A stretch of 64,000 nt of DNA from Naegleria gruberi. Its lineage: Eukaryota. A program made the position numbers and the translations under genes. Shown here in pieces: positions 1 through 9,705 of the stretch (positions are counted from its first letter, which is position 1; every line of letters starts with the position of its first letter). The stretch lies in assembly GCA_000004985.1 (NCBI GenBank), contig GG738855.1, one strand, 5' to 3'. Under the pieces are notes generated by a model, which was given only the letters and a program-made list of their open reading frames with translations, was not told the origin of the DNA and did not search any database.

Positions 1-2019
1 TATCAGCCAACAGCTGGTGCCGTTACAGAAACTGGAATGTTATGGACATGGGGATCGAATGGTTTTGGTCAAATGGGTGTGAATAATGCAACATTGACAA
101 GTAGTGAAACACCACAACAGGCAATCATTTCAAATGTTAAGAGTATTGTATTTGGATTTGGACATTTGTTAATTATTTTGAAGGATGGTCAAATGTATGG
201 ATGTGGTGATGGTTCCATGAGTGAAATTACTGGAATACCAGGTTCAACTTATTTCATTCCAACATTAATCAACGTTCCACAAACACCTATTGACTGCTCT
301 CTATCCTTGAGATATACAGCATGTATTATGAATGATGGTAAATTGTACACTTGGGGAGATAGTACTAAACTAGCTCACTCAGATTCAGCATACTACTTAC
401 CAGCTGATGTTCCAAATAATGAAAACACAACCCACATTCAAATCCTTGCAGAGAATGCAGTTGCATACACCTCAGAGGGTCATTCAGTTGTTTGGGGATC
501 ATCCAATTCTGATTCACTTGGAGCTCTAGGTGATGAGAAACAAGTGAGATATCCAACTAAATTGCCCACTCCTTCCTTCACTGCCAATGAAAACATTACA
601 GTTTTGAGGGTGGTTTCCTCCAGTACATGTACTTACCTCCTATCACACCCAAATGAGAATGGATTGAAGAATACTTTGGAATATTGGGGACCTTGTAGTA
701 ATGGATTGTCCTTTTCAGAGCCAAATTACAGTCCCTATCCAGCTCCAAGTACATTAACTGATTCGGGTGTTGTGGATGTGAGCTATAATATTGATTTTGC
801 TATTGGATTGACCAGTGATGGATCAGTTTATGGTTGGGGACAGTCTTCTAACTCAAATATGGGACAACCTGATGCAACTTTAACAAGTGCAACATTGCTC
901 TACACAGGAGATGTCCAATTAATATGTGCTGGATCGTCAACAAGCTTTATTCTCTTGAATAATGGAACATTGTTGGGCGTTGGATTGAATAGTTTGGGAG
1001 AGTTGGGATTAGGTCATACCTTATTGGTTAGCTCATACACTCCAGTGAATACTTCCTTCCTCTCCAGTGGTGAAACAATTGTCGACATGAAAACAGGTGA
1101 AAAAACAACCTACATATTAACAAGTATGGGAAATGTTTACGGAGCTGGATCAAATACTGATGGATATATTTCATCGAGTGGTGATTCAAATTTTGATCAT
1201 TTTGTACTTGTGAGCTCACCAGTGAAAATTAAGAAAATCTTTGTGGGATACTATAACAATCTTATGACCATCTCAACAAGTGGCGATGCTTACTATTTTT
1301 CTGGAGCCATGTATAAGATTTCATTTCCATCCAACGATTCATACATTATCGATTTGTTTGGCTATTCCAGATCTTACTATTTCATTACCAAGAGAGGAAG
1401 TGTCTATACCAGTGGAACCAATCAATACTATCAGATATCTTCACAGAATGGATTAGATGAAATTATGATTACCTCTCCAAAACTCTATGTCAGTAGAAAT
1501 GACTTGGATGGAATTCCATATACAGGAGCAGCTGGTGAAGGAAGAGCCATTCTCATTACCAGATATGAATATACATGTGGAGGAATCAACTCAACTGATG
1601 AAAATGTCTGTTCTTCAAAAGGACATTGTAAAAGTCCTGATGTGTGTGAATGTTTTGATGAGTATTCAGGATCCAATTGTGAAACGTTCTATTGTAATGG
1701 AATTGCAAAGAGTAATACTTCATTCGTTTGCTCTGGAAGAGGAACATGCAATGCTCCAAATCAGTGCACTTCATGTCAGAATTCTATTGGAAACTATTGT
1801 GAGATTAATCTCTGTTATGGAATTGCACAGAATGATACAATGAATGTTTGTTCTGGAAGAGGTCAATGTGTTGGATTTAACACCTGTCAATGCTCTCAGG
1901 GATTTTATGGAAATAATTGTCAATTTTTTTCATGTTTCGACTCACTTTCGAATTCAGTATTGAAACAAACAAGTATTGCAAATAGATTTTGTCAAAAAAT
2001 CAACAAGTATTTAAAATGA
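1..2019 (+). CDS. RCC1-like repeat protein with C-terminal EGF/tenascin-like cysteine-rich repeats. It is 5'-partial: the reading frame is open to the window start.
   Basis: Repeated Gly-rich beta-propeller blade motifs (WTWGSNGFGQMG, YGCGDGSMSE, YTWGDSTKLAH, VVWGSSNSDSLGALG, VYGWGQSSNSNMGQ, LGVGLNSLGELGLG) are typical of RCC1 repeats. The C-terminal 150 aa contains CxCxxGYxGxxC EGF-like modules (CSGRGTCNAPNQCTSC, CSGRGQCVGFNTCQC). Codons 1–36 are in frame without a stop, so the true start lies upstream of the window. Confidence 0.6.
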   Translation, partial: YQPTAGAVTETGMLWTWGSNGFGQMGVNNATLTSSETPQQAIISNVKSIVFGFGHLLIILKDGQMYGCGDGSMSEITGIPGSTYFIPTLINVPQTPIDCSLSLRYTACIMNDGKLYTWGDSTKLAHSDSAYYLPADVPNNENTTHIQILAENAVAYTSEGHSVVWGSSNSDSLGALGDEKQVRYPTKLPTPSFTANENITVLRVVSSSTCTYLLSHPNENGLKNTLEYWGPCSNGLSFSEPNYSPYPAPSTLTDSGVVDVSYNIDFAIGLTSDGSVYGWGQSSNSNMGQPDATLTSATLLYTGDVQLICAGSSTSFILLNNGTLLGVGLNSLGELGLGHTLLVSSYTPVNTSFLSSGETIVDMKTGEKTTYILTSMGNVYGAGSNTDGYISSSGDSNFDHFVLVSSPVKIKKIFVGYYNNLMTISTSGDAYYFSGAMYKISFPSNDSYIIDLFGYSRSYYFITKRGSVYTSGTNQYYQISSQNGLDEIMITSPKLYVSRNDLDGIPYTGAAGEGRAILITRYEYTCGGINSTDENVCSSKGHCKSPDVCECFDEYSGSNCETFYCNGIAKSNTSFVCSGRGTCNAPNQCTSCQNSIGNYCEINLCYGIAQNDTMNVCSGRGQCVGFNTCQCSQGFYGNNCQFFSCFDSLSNSVLKQTSIANRFCQKINKYLK

Positions 2020-2032
2020 TAATATTTTTAAT

Positions 2033-2620
2033 TTATTCAGAAAGTAATTTTACAATATCTTGTTCAATTTCGGAAGGTTCTGTATTTGGAGAATATCTTT
2101 TTAGTACTTTTCCTGTTTTGGAAACTAAAAATTTAGTGAAATTCCATTTAATTGCTTTGAATAGTTTGCCTTCTCCTTCCTTTTTAAGATATTTATAGAG
2201 AGGAATAGTTTCACTGCCATTGACATGTGTTTTGGCGAATATTTTGAAAGAAACTTTAAATTTGTTTCTTGCGAATGCACAAATTTCATCATTCGATCCT
2301 CTTTCCTACACAGAATATATTAATAGATTAATTTAATTAGTAGAATAAAAATAATAAAAATTATTAGAAACTTATTCGAAATTCAAATTCTATTAGAAAC
2401 TTACTTGGAAAGCAAACTGATTACAAGGGAATGCAATAATTTCAAATCCTTGATCTTTATACTTATCATATAAAGCTTGCAAACCTTCATACTGCGGAGT
2501 CAACCCACAACTACTTGCGACATTCACTACCATCACAACTTTTCCCTTGTAATCGGAGAGGGAAACTTCATTACCTTGAGCATCAGGAACGGTGAAACTG
2601 TAAAATTCGGATTCTGTCAT
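2033..2620 (-). CDS. Glutathione peroxidase (Cys-type), two exons: 2405..2620 and 2033..2306, with a GTAAGT...TAG intron at about 2307..2404.
   Basis: Exon 1 encodes ...[42 protein letters not shown], which carries the GPx signatures VASxCGxT and FPCNQF. Exon 2 encodes [46 protein letters not shown]...[39 protein letters not shown]. Its WNFTKFLV motif and the overall match to GPx are clear. The donor is GTAAGT and the acceptor is TAG. Confidence 0.8.
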
Positions 2621-3110
2621 TAGAATGTACTCTATGTTTGATATTTTTTTATAATTGAGTTTAGTTAAGTTTCGTTAATTGAATATTTAGTGTCGTGTGT
2701 TAATTTGGTCAACTGACTTTCGCAGTATGCGGTCGTACTTGGAGGTAGTCCTTGTACCAACTATCAACTTTGGTAAGTCATTTAGGATAGTGGTGGACGT
2801 ACTTGTTAGAAACTATTCGAGAAATAGTTTAAAAATTCACCTTAATTAAACACCACATAGTTTTTAAGTCAAAAACCTAAAACATTGTTCAGTTGACCAA
2901 AATGAATTTTAAGTTTAATTTTTCAATCTGTGAATGGACTTGAAAAGCTCATGTGACTTTCAAAATCTATTTTTATTCTTCAAATTCTGAGATGAAACTG
3001 TTTCACACAATAAAATCCATCAAAATTTCAATGATTTCCAAATGAAAAAACAAAAAAACCAAACAATCAGATCTATTGATCGCTAATCTATTGCTAACTG
3101 TGTAAAAATC

Positions 3111-3737
3111 ATGACTGTCAAAACTCTCACTGTAAATAATACTGCCACCAATCAAACTAAATCTTTCCTTTCTAAGAACGATCAAATTGCTGAAGAAGAA
3201 ACAATTTGGCTTAAGAAGAAGGAACGCTTTCTAACTTGTAAAGAAGCAATTAATAGAATCATGTGGGATTCTGATTTAAATGATGCTTACCTTCACTTGT
3301 CAATGATTTACAAAGACAGATTTGAAGGTGACACTTTTATTTCATATGAAGAATTCTTAAATAGTGATTTGGCTGAAGAACTTCCACAACATCGAATCCA
3401 ACAATTGATTTATAGAGATGAATATGTATTTTGGGATAAAAATAACAGAATTGACTTGTTGTCAAATGGTCAATTGGGAGAATTGATTTCCAAATTCAAA
3501 AAGAAAGATCAAGAAAGATTTGCTAGAGAACAAGCTGAATTTACAACTGTTTTACAACCAATTCCTAAAGTTTCCAACTCTAATTCTTCACAAAAGAAGA
3601 ATAAGAAAAATAAGAAAATTATGAAGGAATTTGTAAGAAATCAAGAAACATGTAAACAAACAACTTCATCTGATGATGAATATGAACAATATATGGAAGA
3701 ATATGATGAACAATATTCAATCTATTCAAAATATTAA
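3111..3737 (+). CDS. Conserved hypothetical protein, possibly DUF504/MJ1316-like, with an acidic Tyr-rich tail.
   Basis: Intronless 208 aa ORF. The motifs RIMWD...YKDRFEGD...YEEF...HRIQQLIYRDEYVFWDKNNRID resemble the DUF504 (MJ1316) domain. The C-terminus is K-rich then acidic (DDEYEQYMEEYDEQY). Confidence 0.35.
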   Translation: MTVKTLTVNNTATNQTKSFLSKNDQIAEEETIWLKKKERFLTCKEAINRIMWDSDLNDAYLHLSMIYKDRFEGDTFISYEEFLNSDLAEELPQHRIQQLIYRDEYVFWDKNNRIDLLSNGQLGELISKFKKKDQERFAREQAEFTTVLQPIPKVSNSNSSQKKNKKNKKIMKEFVRNQETCKQTTSSDDEYEQYMEEYDEQYSIYSKY

Positions 3738-3796
3738 ATAAAACTATTCAGAACTTTATTTACACAATAAATTACAAAATTGAAATGTATGATTGA

Positions 3797-4726
3797 CTAT
3801 TTAAATTGATCTGCATGATCAACAAAGAATTGCAATGCAGAACGAGGATTCTTACCAGTTACAATCTTGAAATCTCCACAAATATTTGCAGTAATTCCCT
3901 CAATCTTATACATTTGATATAATTTAACTAACATCCAAATGACAAATGATGGAACTTGCTTAAAGTTTTCTGCGAATTGATCTTCACTAATTGGAACATG
4001 TTTAACTTCCTTACCAATGGCTTGTGTTAAAACTTGTGCCAATTGATCGTAGGTGAATGTATCTGGTCCAGTAATATTGTACGATTGACCTGCATGTTTT
4101 TCTGGATTTTCTGTCAAGACAACTGCACTCAAATCACCAATATCTCTAACATCTACATGACTAATATGATAACCATCCCCTAAATCATGTTTAACTCTAT
4201 AGAAACAACCTTGAGATTTGATTGTTTGTAAATCTTGTGTGAGGAAATTTTGTAAAAACAAATTAGGTCTCAAAATTGTCAATTTCACTTTCGAATGTTC
4301 GACCAATCTCTGAACTGCTCTCTCAGAATCATTGTGCCATCTCATCAAACAATTGATATCTCTTTCTGGACTATTTCCCAATGCTGAAACTCTTACAATT
4401 TGTTGTAAATGTTTACAATATTTAACAGCAAGATTTACAAATCCGTGTTCACTTCTAGCTTGAAATGGTGATGAAATGGTCAATAAAAACATTCTCTCCA
4501 CATTCTCATATAATTCATCAATATTAACAGTTTCCAAATCATTCAAATCTCCTTCCACTATTTTTCCCTCCAAATTTTCGTATAATTTCAAAACTTCACT
4601 TGCCTTGTCTTTGTTTCTTGTTAGGAGTTTGACTGAAATCTTGGAAGAGGGAGATGCCTTTTCATTCAATGCACGGAGAACTTCCTTACCAACTGTTCCT
4701 GTTGAACCAACGATGAGTATTGACAT
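3797..4726 (-). CDS. NmrA-like / atypical short-chain dehydrogenase with an NAD(P)-binding Rossmann fold.
   Basis: The N-terminal motif MSILIVGSTGTVGKEVLRAL (GxxGxxG), the 309 aa length and the overall pattern are typical of the NmrA/PCBER family. No intron is needed. Confidence 0.6.
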   Translation of the reverse strand: MSILIVGSTGTVGKEVLRALNEKASPSSKISVKLLTRNKDKASEVLKLYENLEGKIVEGDLNDLETVNIDELYENVERMFLLTISSPFQARSEHGFVNLAVKYCKHLQQIVRVSALGNSPERDINCLMRWHNDSERAVQRLVEHSKVKLTILRPNLFLQNFLTQDLQTIKSQGCFYRVKHDLGDGYHISHVDVRDIGDLSAVVLTENPEKHAGQSYNITGPDTFTYDQLAQVLTQAIGKEVKHVPISEDQFAENFKQVPSFVIWMLVKLYQMYKIEGITANICGDFKIVTGKNPRSALQFFVDHADQFK

Positions 4727-5163
4727 TTTATAAAATAATTCAATGATCTGTGTTGTTTTCGTTGTTGCTTTTTTTGTGTCTTGATCAAATTATAACAACA
4801 CCAATGAGCAATGTGGAACCAATATTTGATTAAAATATGAACTTGGCTGAGTGAGGTGGTTGTTGGGATCTATAAAAGAGTCCGAGTTGTGTCGACACAA
4901 CTGGAAATTGTTTAAATTTGGTAAATTAAAAATGTTTATTATCCATATCTCTCCATTTGAGCCTCATCTCTTGCATGATTTATTGAAATAATTTACAATA
5001 TTTCTGAATGTAATAGTATTAGTAATTTTATTATTCACATTATTTTGACCTAGATTGTTGCTGTTGATGATGTTGATGATGCTGATGATTGGTTTTTAAA
5101 GAGTTTGCTGTGTGTGTGGGAGGATTTTCACACACTCAATAATCTATATTGTATGTACACACA

Positions 5164-6294
5164 TTAAATTTTCTGATAATTTGGATTCAATGGATGGAAA
5201 TTATTGTAATCGAAATGATAATTTTTCAATTCACTTGGGAAGAATGGATTTTGAGATTCAACACTTCCAGCCAATTGTTCAACATCTGAGAAATTTCTCT
5301 TGAACATTGCAACAGGAGTTGAAGGAGTGGTTGAATTTCTTTGAGTATTTCTGATAAAATCCATGAGATAGGCACTCTTTCTATTATCGGTAATGAATTT
5401 GATGGATGGAATGCATTCTTCTTGGAATATATCTAAAATTCTCTTCTTTGAAGATTGAATTGAAATGATTGGAAGATTATCTTGCTGTGTTGTGGATGTG
5501 GAAACATTTGGATGATTATTCGAAACATGTGAAGAACCATTCTTCTTTTTAAAGAATCCTAATACCTGACTTTTAGTCAATTCACTCTTATTTCTCTTTA
5601 AAATATAACTTCCATCATTGTAATCTTCTTCTGTTTGATTTAATTTATGATTTTTTTCATTTTCCTCTTCATCCATCATTTCCATTTCGTCTCGTTTCTC
5701 TTCTGTCATTTCTTCTTCAATAGATTCTTCATAAATTGGATATTTCAAAGGTCCAAAAGTTAATTCCATTTGAATTTCATACTTCTTCATATTCAAATTT
5801 TCATTCTGAATCAAATCAATTAATTCTGCTTTACATTTCTCTCTCAATTTAATAATTCTCTGTTCATGTTTCTTTTTTATAATTTTTGGCCACAATTTGT
5901 AAATCATTAGAGAAATTCCAAAAGTTGGAACCAATGAAACAATTGCTAAAATTAGTAATATCTTTTTTCTGTTCATTTCTTTTAATTTATCGGAATTTGT
6001 TAATTGTTTATCATCTAAATCTCTGTCGGATGTTGAATGGACATGACTTGTTGTTGGAGAATTGATTGGTGACATTAAAATTGCTTCCTTGTCAATTAAT
6101 TCTTGATAATTCATGAGTATTGTATTGGCCTTCTTTAGTATTCTATTAAAATCATCTTGTTCTAATTGAAAACTTTTAAATTGTGGGAAATAACGTGAAG
6201 GAACAAAACATCCACAAGTTTGAAATGATGTTTCGGTTTGATGTTTGGCAGCCGTGGCAGTTGGCACGAATTGCACAGTATGGAAGTTGTGCAT
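5164..6294 (-). CDS. Hypothetical membrane protein with one predicted TM helix and an acidic coiled region.
   Basis: Continuous 376 aa ORF. It has a hydrophobic segment ILLILAIVSLVPTFGISLMIY and E/K-rich stretches. I recognise no family. Confidence 0.35.
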   Translation of the reverse strand: MHNFHTVQFVPTATAAKHQTETSFQTCGCFVPSRYFPQFKSFQLEQDDFNRILKKANTILMNYQELIDKEAILMSPINSPTTSHVHSTSDRDLDDKQLTNSDKLKEMNRKKILLILAIVSLVPTFGISLMIYKLWPKIIKKKHEQRIIKLREKCKAELIDLIQNENLNMKKYEIQMELTFGPLKYPIYEESIEEEMTEEKRDEMEMMDEEENEKNHKLNQTEEDYNDGSYILKRNKSELTKSQVLGFFKKKNGSSHVSNNHPNVSTSTTQQDNLPIISIQSSKKRILDIFQEECIPSIKFITDNRKSAYLMDFIRNTQRNSTTPSTPVAMFKRNFSDVEQLAGSVESQNPFFPSELKNYHFDYNNFHPLNPNYQKI

Positions 6295-6749
6295 GGTAGA
6301 GAGAGGAAGGTGGGTGCTTGTGAGGCAATTTTTTTGGTGATTTTAAAGGGAATTTGCGTTTGCCGTTGAAGTTTTTATTTTTACTTGACAAGAGACATGC
6401 ACAAGTGGAAGGAAAATGTGGACGATTCGATTGCATTTTCATGAAGATGGATAATGAAAGTTATCCATTAGATCAAAGTTATTGCGAAGATGATTATTTT
6501 TCATTCTTACTGTCTGTGCATGTACTGAAACTAATGAGGTTTGTTGATTGGTGAGAATCATGAAGAATCTTGGACGATTCGAAACTCAAAATTCCTTGTT
6601 GATATAGAAGAAGTATTTCCTTAATAATTTGCAATTAATTGATTTGCTCAATCAGATGAATAAGTTGCTTTTTTAATGTTTTGAATAAGTTCACATGTGG
6701 AAATCTCTCGTTTATTCTCTTCTCAAAAAATCTTTTGAAAACGAAAAAT

Positions 6750-7622
6750 TCAAAATTTAAATTTGTAATAATAATCATTGGAATCTTCCTTTTCCACAAA
6801 TACAAATCCCTTCGATCCAATATTTAATTCTGGTTTCTCCTCTTCTTGATGAATGATAGTGGTCAGGTTTTGTTCAATCTCTTCATTTCGAATAGAATTT
6901 TTTTGATTGTCCGCTTGTTTGGAATTACAATTAGATGAGAAAGGAATTGGAGGGAGAGGCTTTCTTATTGGTGGATTGACCACATTGTCTGATGATTTCT
7001 TTTCAATGGCTACCACTGGATCCAAGTCAATTAGTTGTGTTGACAATTTTAGTGAATTTCCATCAGAGAGAGATTTTCCAAAAAGTCCGACCATTGAGGA
7101 AACTGAAGTAATCTTCAATGGAGAATTACTAATCAAGTCCTCACTCGATAAATTATTGAAAAATTTAAAATATTCTAAGAAATGCAATGTTAATTTTTCA
7201 AAATTTAAACAATCCTTATACGAATCCAATTTAAACTGTGAATATTCATAATGAGATTTCATTTCTAGAGTGGAATGAGCCAATTGCCACACCAATTCAC
7301 ATTCCTTCTCAATATTGACACTTGCATTATCTGGATTCTTGATGTGTTTTGGAAAATAATGATGCATGATACATATGAGTAATAGTCCACTCTTGATGCA
7401 GAAGGAATCTTGTTTGTACAATAGAGAAAGTAAATGTTGAATTTCTAACAGTTGGTGATGAGGAGTTGAGAAGGAAATATCGGAAACTTGTTCTTGCTGA
7501 AGAATTTTCAATTGATGAGTGGGTGTGCAATTTTCACGAATGTAGAGAAGATGAGAGACACTGGAAAAGTGAGTGCATATTTGAGTGATCCATTCGGTAA
7601 ACAATGTGATGAGAGTTGTCAT
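6750..7622 (-). CDS. Hypothetical protein. Further 5' exons may lie around 7534..7728.
   Basis: Continuous 290 aa ORF with no recognisable domain. The boundaries are uncertain. Confidence 0.3.
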   Translation of the reverse strand: MTTLITLFTEWITQICTHFSSVSHLLYIRENCTPTHQLKILQQEQVSDISFSTPHHQLLEIQHLLSLLYKQDSFCIKSGLLLICIMHHYFPKHIKNPDNASVNIEKECELVWQLAHSTLEMKSHYEYSQFKLDSYKDCLNFEKLTLHFLEYFKFFNNLSSEDLISNSPLKITSVSSMVGLFGKSLSDGNSLKLSTQLIDLDPVVAIEKKSSDNVVNPPIRKPLPPIPFSSNCNSKQADNQKNSIRNEEIEQNLTTIIHQEEEKPELNIGSKGFVFVEKEDSNDYYYKFKF

Positions 7623-7802
7623 GTAGTTCAGTTGGGTTGAATTTTTTTTTGTGATTGGTTTCTGTCTTGGATGTTTGACAATCGGATGTGGAATGACTCC
7701 ATTTAAGAGTATTGCTAATTGTTGGCATGTTAAAATGATAATTGAATAAATAAAGAAAATATTATTTTAAATTTGTAAAATGTTATTCGTACAATTAAAT
7801 AA

Positions 7803-9413
7803 TTATTGCCTAATCTCATATCCACCACTTGTTGTGATATATCTGACCCATGGTAAGGCATTGTAACCAGACTTGTCCATAATTTTCAGATAACGAACTT
7901 GAAGACCAGAAACAGTAAAGTATGGAATCTCAAAAGTGATACGGATTGGACGCTTACGTGATTCGACAAAGCTCTTTCTTGTTTTTGAACTATTGGATGA
8001 GGAGTCTTCGTCTTGGTTTTGATCCTTGTGGAGAGCTTCAGCAAAACGAGTTGATGTAGATCCAGCTGGTTCCAAATCTTCATTGGAAACAGTTGGCAGA
8101 CCAACTTCTGCATGGAAAGTAAATTCCTTTCCACCTGGGAATTGTTTGATATTCCAACAAATACAATCCTCTTCAGGTACATATTCGCCATTACCAATCA
8201 TACTACTAAATGTTGGAGAATCAGCATCTTTTGGTACAGGTATAAAGATTTTTACATTATTGGCTGCTGATTTCTTCTTAAATTGAGCTTTGGCTTTGAT
8301 ATTATATTCTACACGAGTCAATCCATGCATAGTGGCATGACATTCAATTAAAAATAGTGGCTTGATTCTAGTTGATAATCTATAACTCATTAATACAAAT
8401 TCTCCATCAGGAGGAACGAATGAAATTATTCTATCAGTTTCGAATTTGTTCAAACGAACACATTGGTGGAACTTTACATCTTCTAAATCTACAGAGTGAC
8501 CTTTCTTGTTGGCCTTTCCAAAATTTTCAAATAAAACCTTATCATTGAGACCCAATTTCAACTCAGGCATACCAGTCAAAAAAACTCTCATATTTAAATT
8601 ACCTTCAATTTGTGATCTTAATGTTGTACCTGTGTTTGAAACGAGAAGACTCACACTCTCAACAACATCAAGGAAACATTCATTCTTCTTATAGACAATA
8701 CCTTCCTTACGCCAGGAAATTGTTTGTGTGAAATTTCTTGGAATTGTAAGTTTTGATGAATTTTCTTCAACATCATTATTACCTTTGGTAATACTTCCTA
8801 AATTTGATGTTAATTGTTTTGTAAGAATTGAAAAACCTGTTTGTAAACCTGCTGTGAATTGTTGAAGATTGATGCCTTGTCCTCCATTTCCATTGTCGGC
8901 AGAAATTCCCATCAATTCGGTCCAAAATTTCAAGTTATCAAGTTGTTGTAATTTGTGAGATTCATTCTTGATGAATTCTTGAAGGATCTTTGGTTCCGTT
9001 GATTGTGGATAGCCAAAATCCATCATTTCATCAAGTAATTCATAAACAACAACAAAGTTGTCTTTTATACTTTCTTCTTCAACTTCTTTAAAGTAGTCTT
9101 CAAATACCTTGTATGATTCATAGAGGAAACAGATCATTTCCATGGCATTACAATTTGATGCTGCAACCAGCACGACTATCCTATGTTAATCCTCATAGTA
9201 CTAAATGTACTTACAGTACAAATCCTTCTTTTGAATAAAACAAAATGAATATCCATCCTCCTCAAAAACAGGTGTAATATTCTCATCCTCTTCCTTGATT
9301 ACTCTTCGAACAAATTTTTCTATAATGTTTCTAGGTAAATTACCCCTAAAATCACGATGAATAATATTCTTTCCTTTCAAATCAAGGATAAAGTAGGCGC
9401 TTGGACCTGACAT
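7803..9413 (-). CDS. Clathrin adaptor complex AP-1 mu (medium) subunit, two exons: 9211..9413 approximately, and 7803..9175 approximately.
   Basis: Exon 1 MSGPSAYFILDLKGKNIIHRDFRGN... aligns with AP1M1 MSASAVYVLDLKGKVLICRNYRGD. Exon 2 contains [69 protein letters not shown] and a C-terminus VRYLKIMDKSGYNALPWVRYITTSGGYEIRQ, all close to AP-1/AP-2 mu. A very short intron (about 30 nt, GTACAT...ATAG) joins KKDLYCK to IVVLVAASNC. A roughly 60 aa low-complexity insert (DQNQDEDSSSNSSKTRKS...) sits before the final beta strands. Confidence 0.8.
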
Positions 9414-9667
9414 TTTTTTATGTGATTGCTATTAAAAAATAATTGAATTAACGTTGCTGATGATGTAATTACGTCATTTGATTATTATTTTGATTTTTAC
9501 AGTTTTAAAAATTATTATCATCAATTGCCGTTTTTTTAATGAGCAAAGATGAATAGTATCCACTAGTGTGGAAGAGCATTTGATCACCTTGTTGCACTCA
9601 GGAACAGAATGGATGATTATTTAATATTTGATTCAAGCCAATCGGATCAAGAAAACCGTATTGTGTT

Positions 9668-9675
9668 TTTCGCGC
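9668..9675. promoter_or_regulatory. E2F-like motif TTTCGCGC about 35 bp upstream of the 9706 ATG.
   Basis: Exact match to the E2F consensus TTTSGCGC in a GC-poor region. A second weaker TTTCGCGT lies at about 17906 in the divergent promoter between the collagen-like and beta-mannosidase genes. Confidence 0.2.
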
Positions 9676-9705
9676 CTTTTTTAAAAACAAAAACAGCTTG
9701 AAAAA

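Noticed and set aside
2393-2620. Selenoprotein (TGA-recoded) glutathione peroxidase with a SECIS element
   Set aside because: The catalytic codon is TGT (Cys), no in-frame TGA is present, and no SECIS-like stem-loop is evident in the 3' flank.
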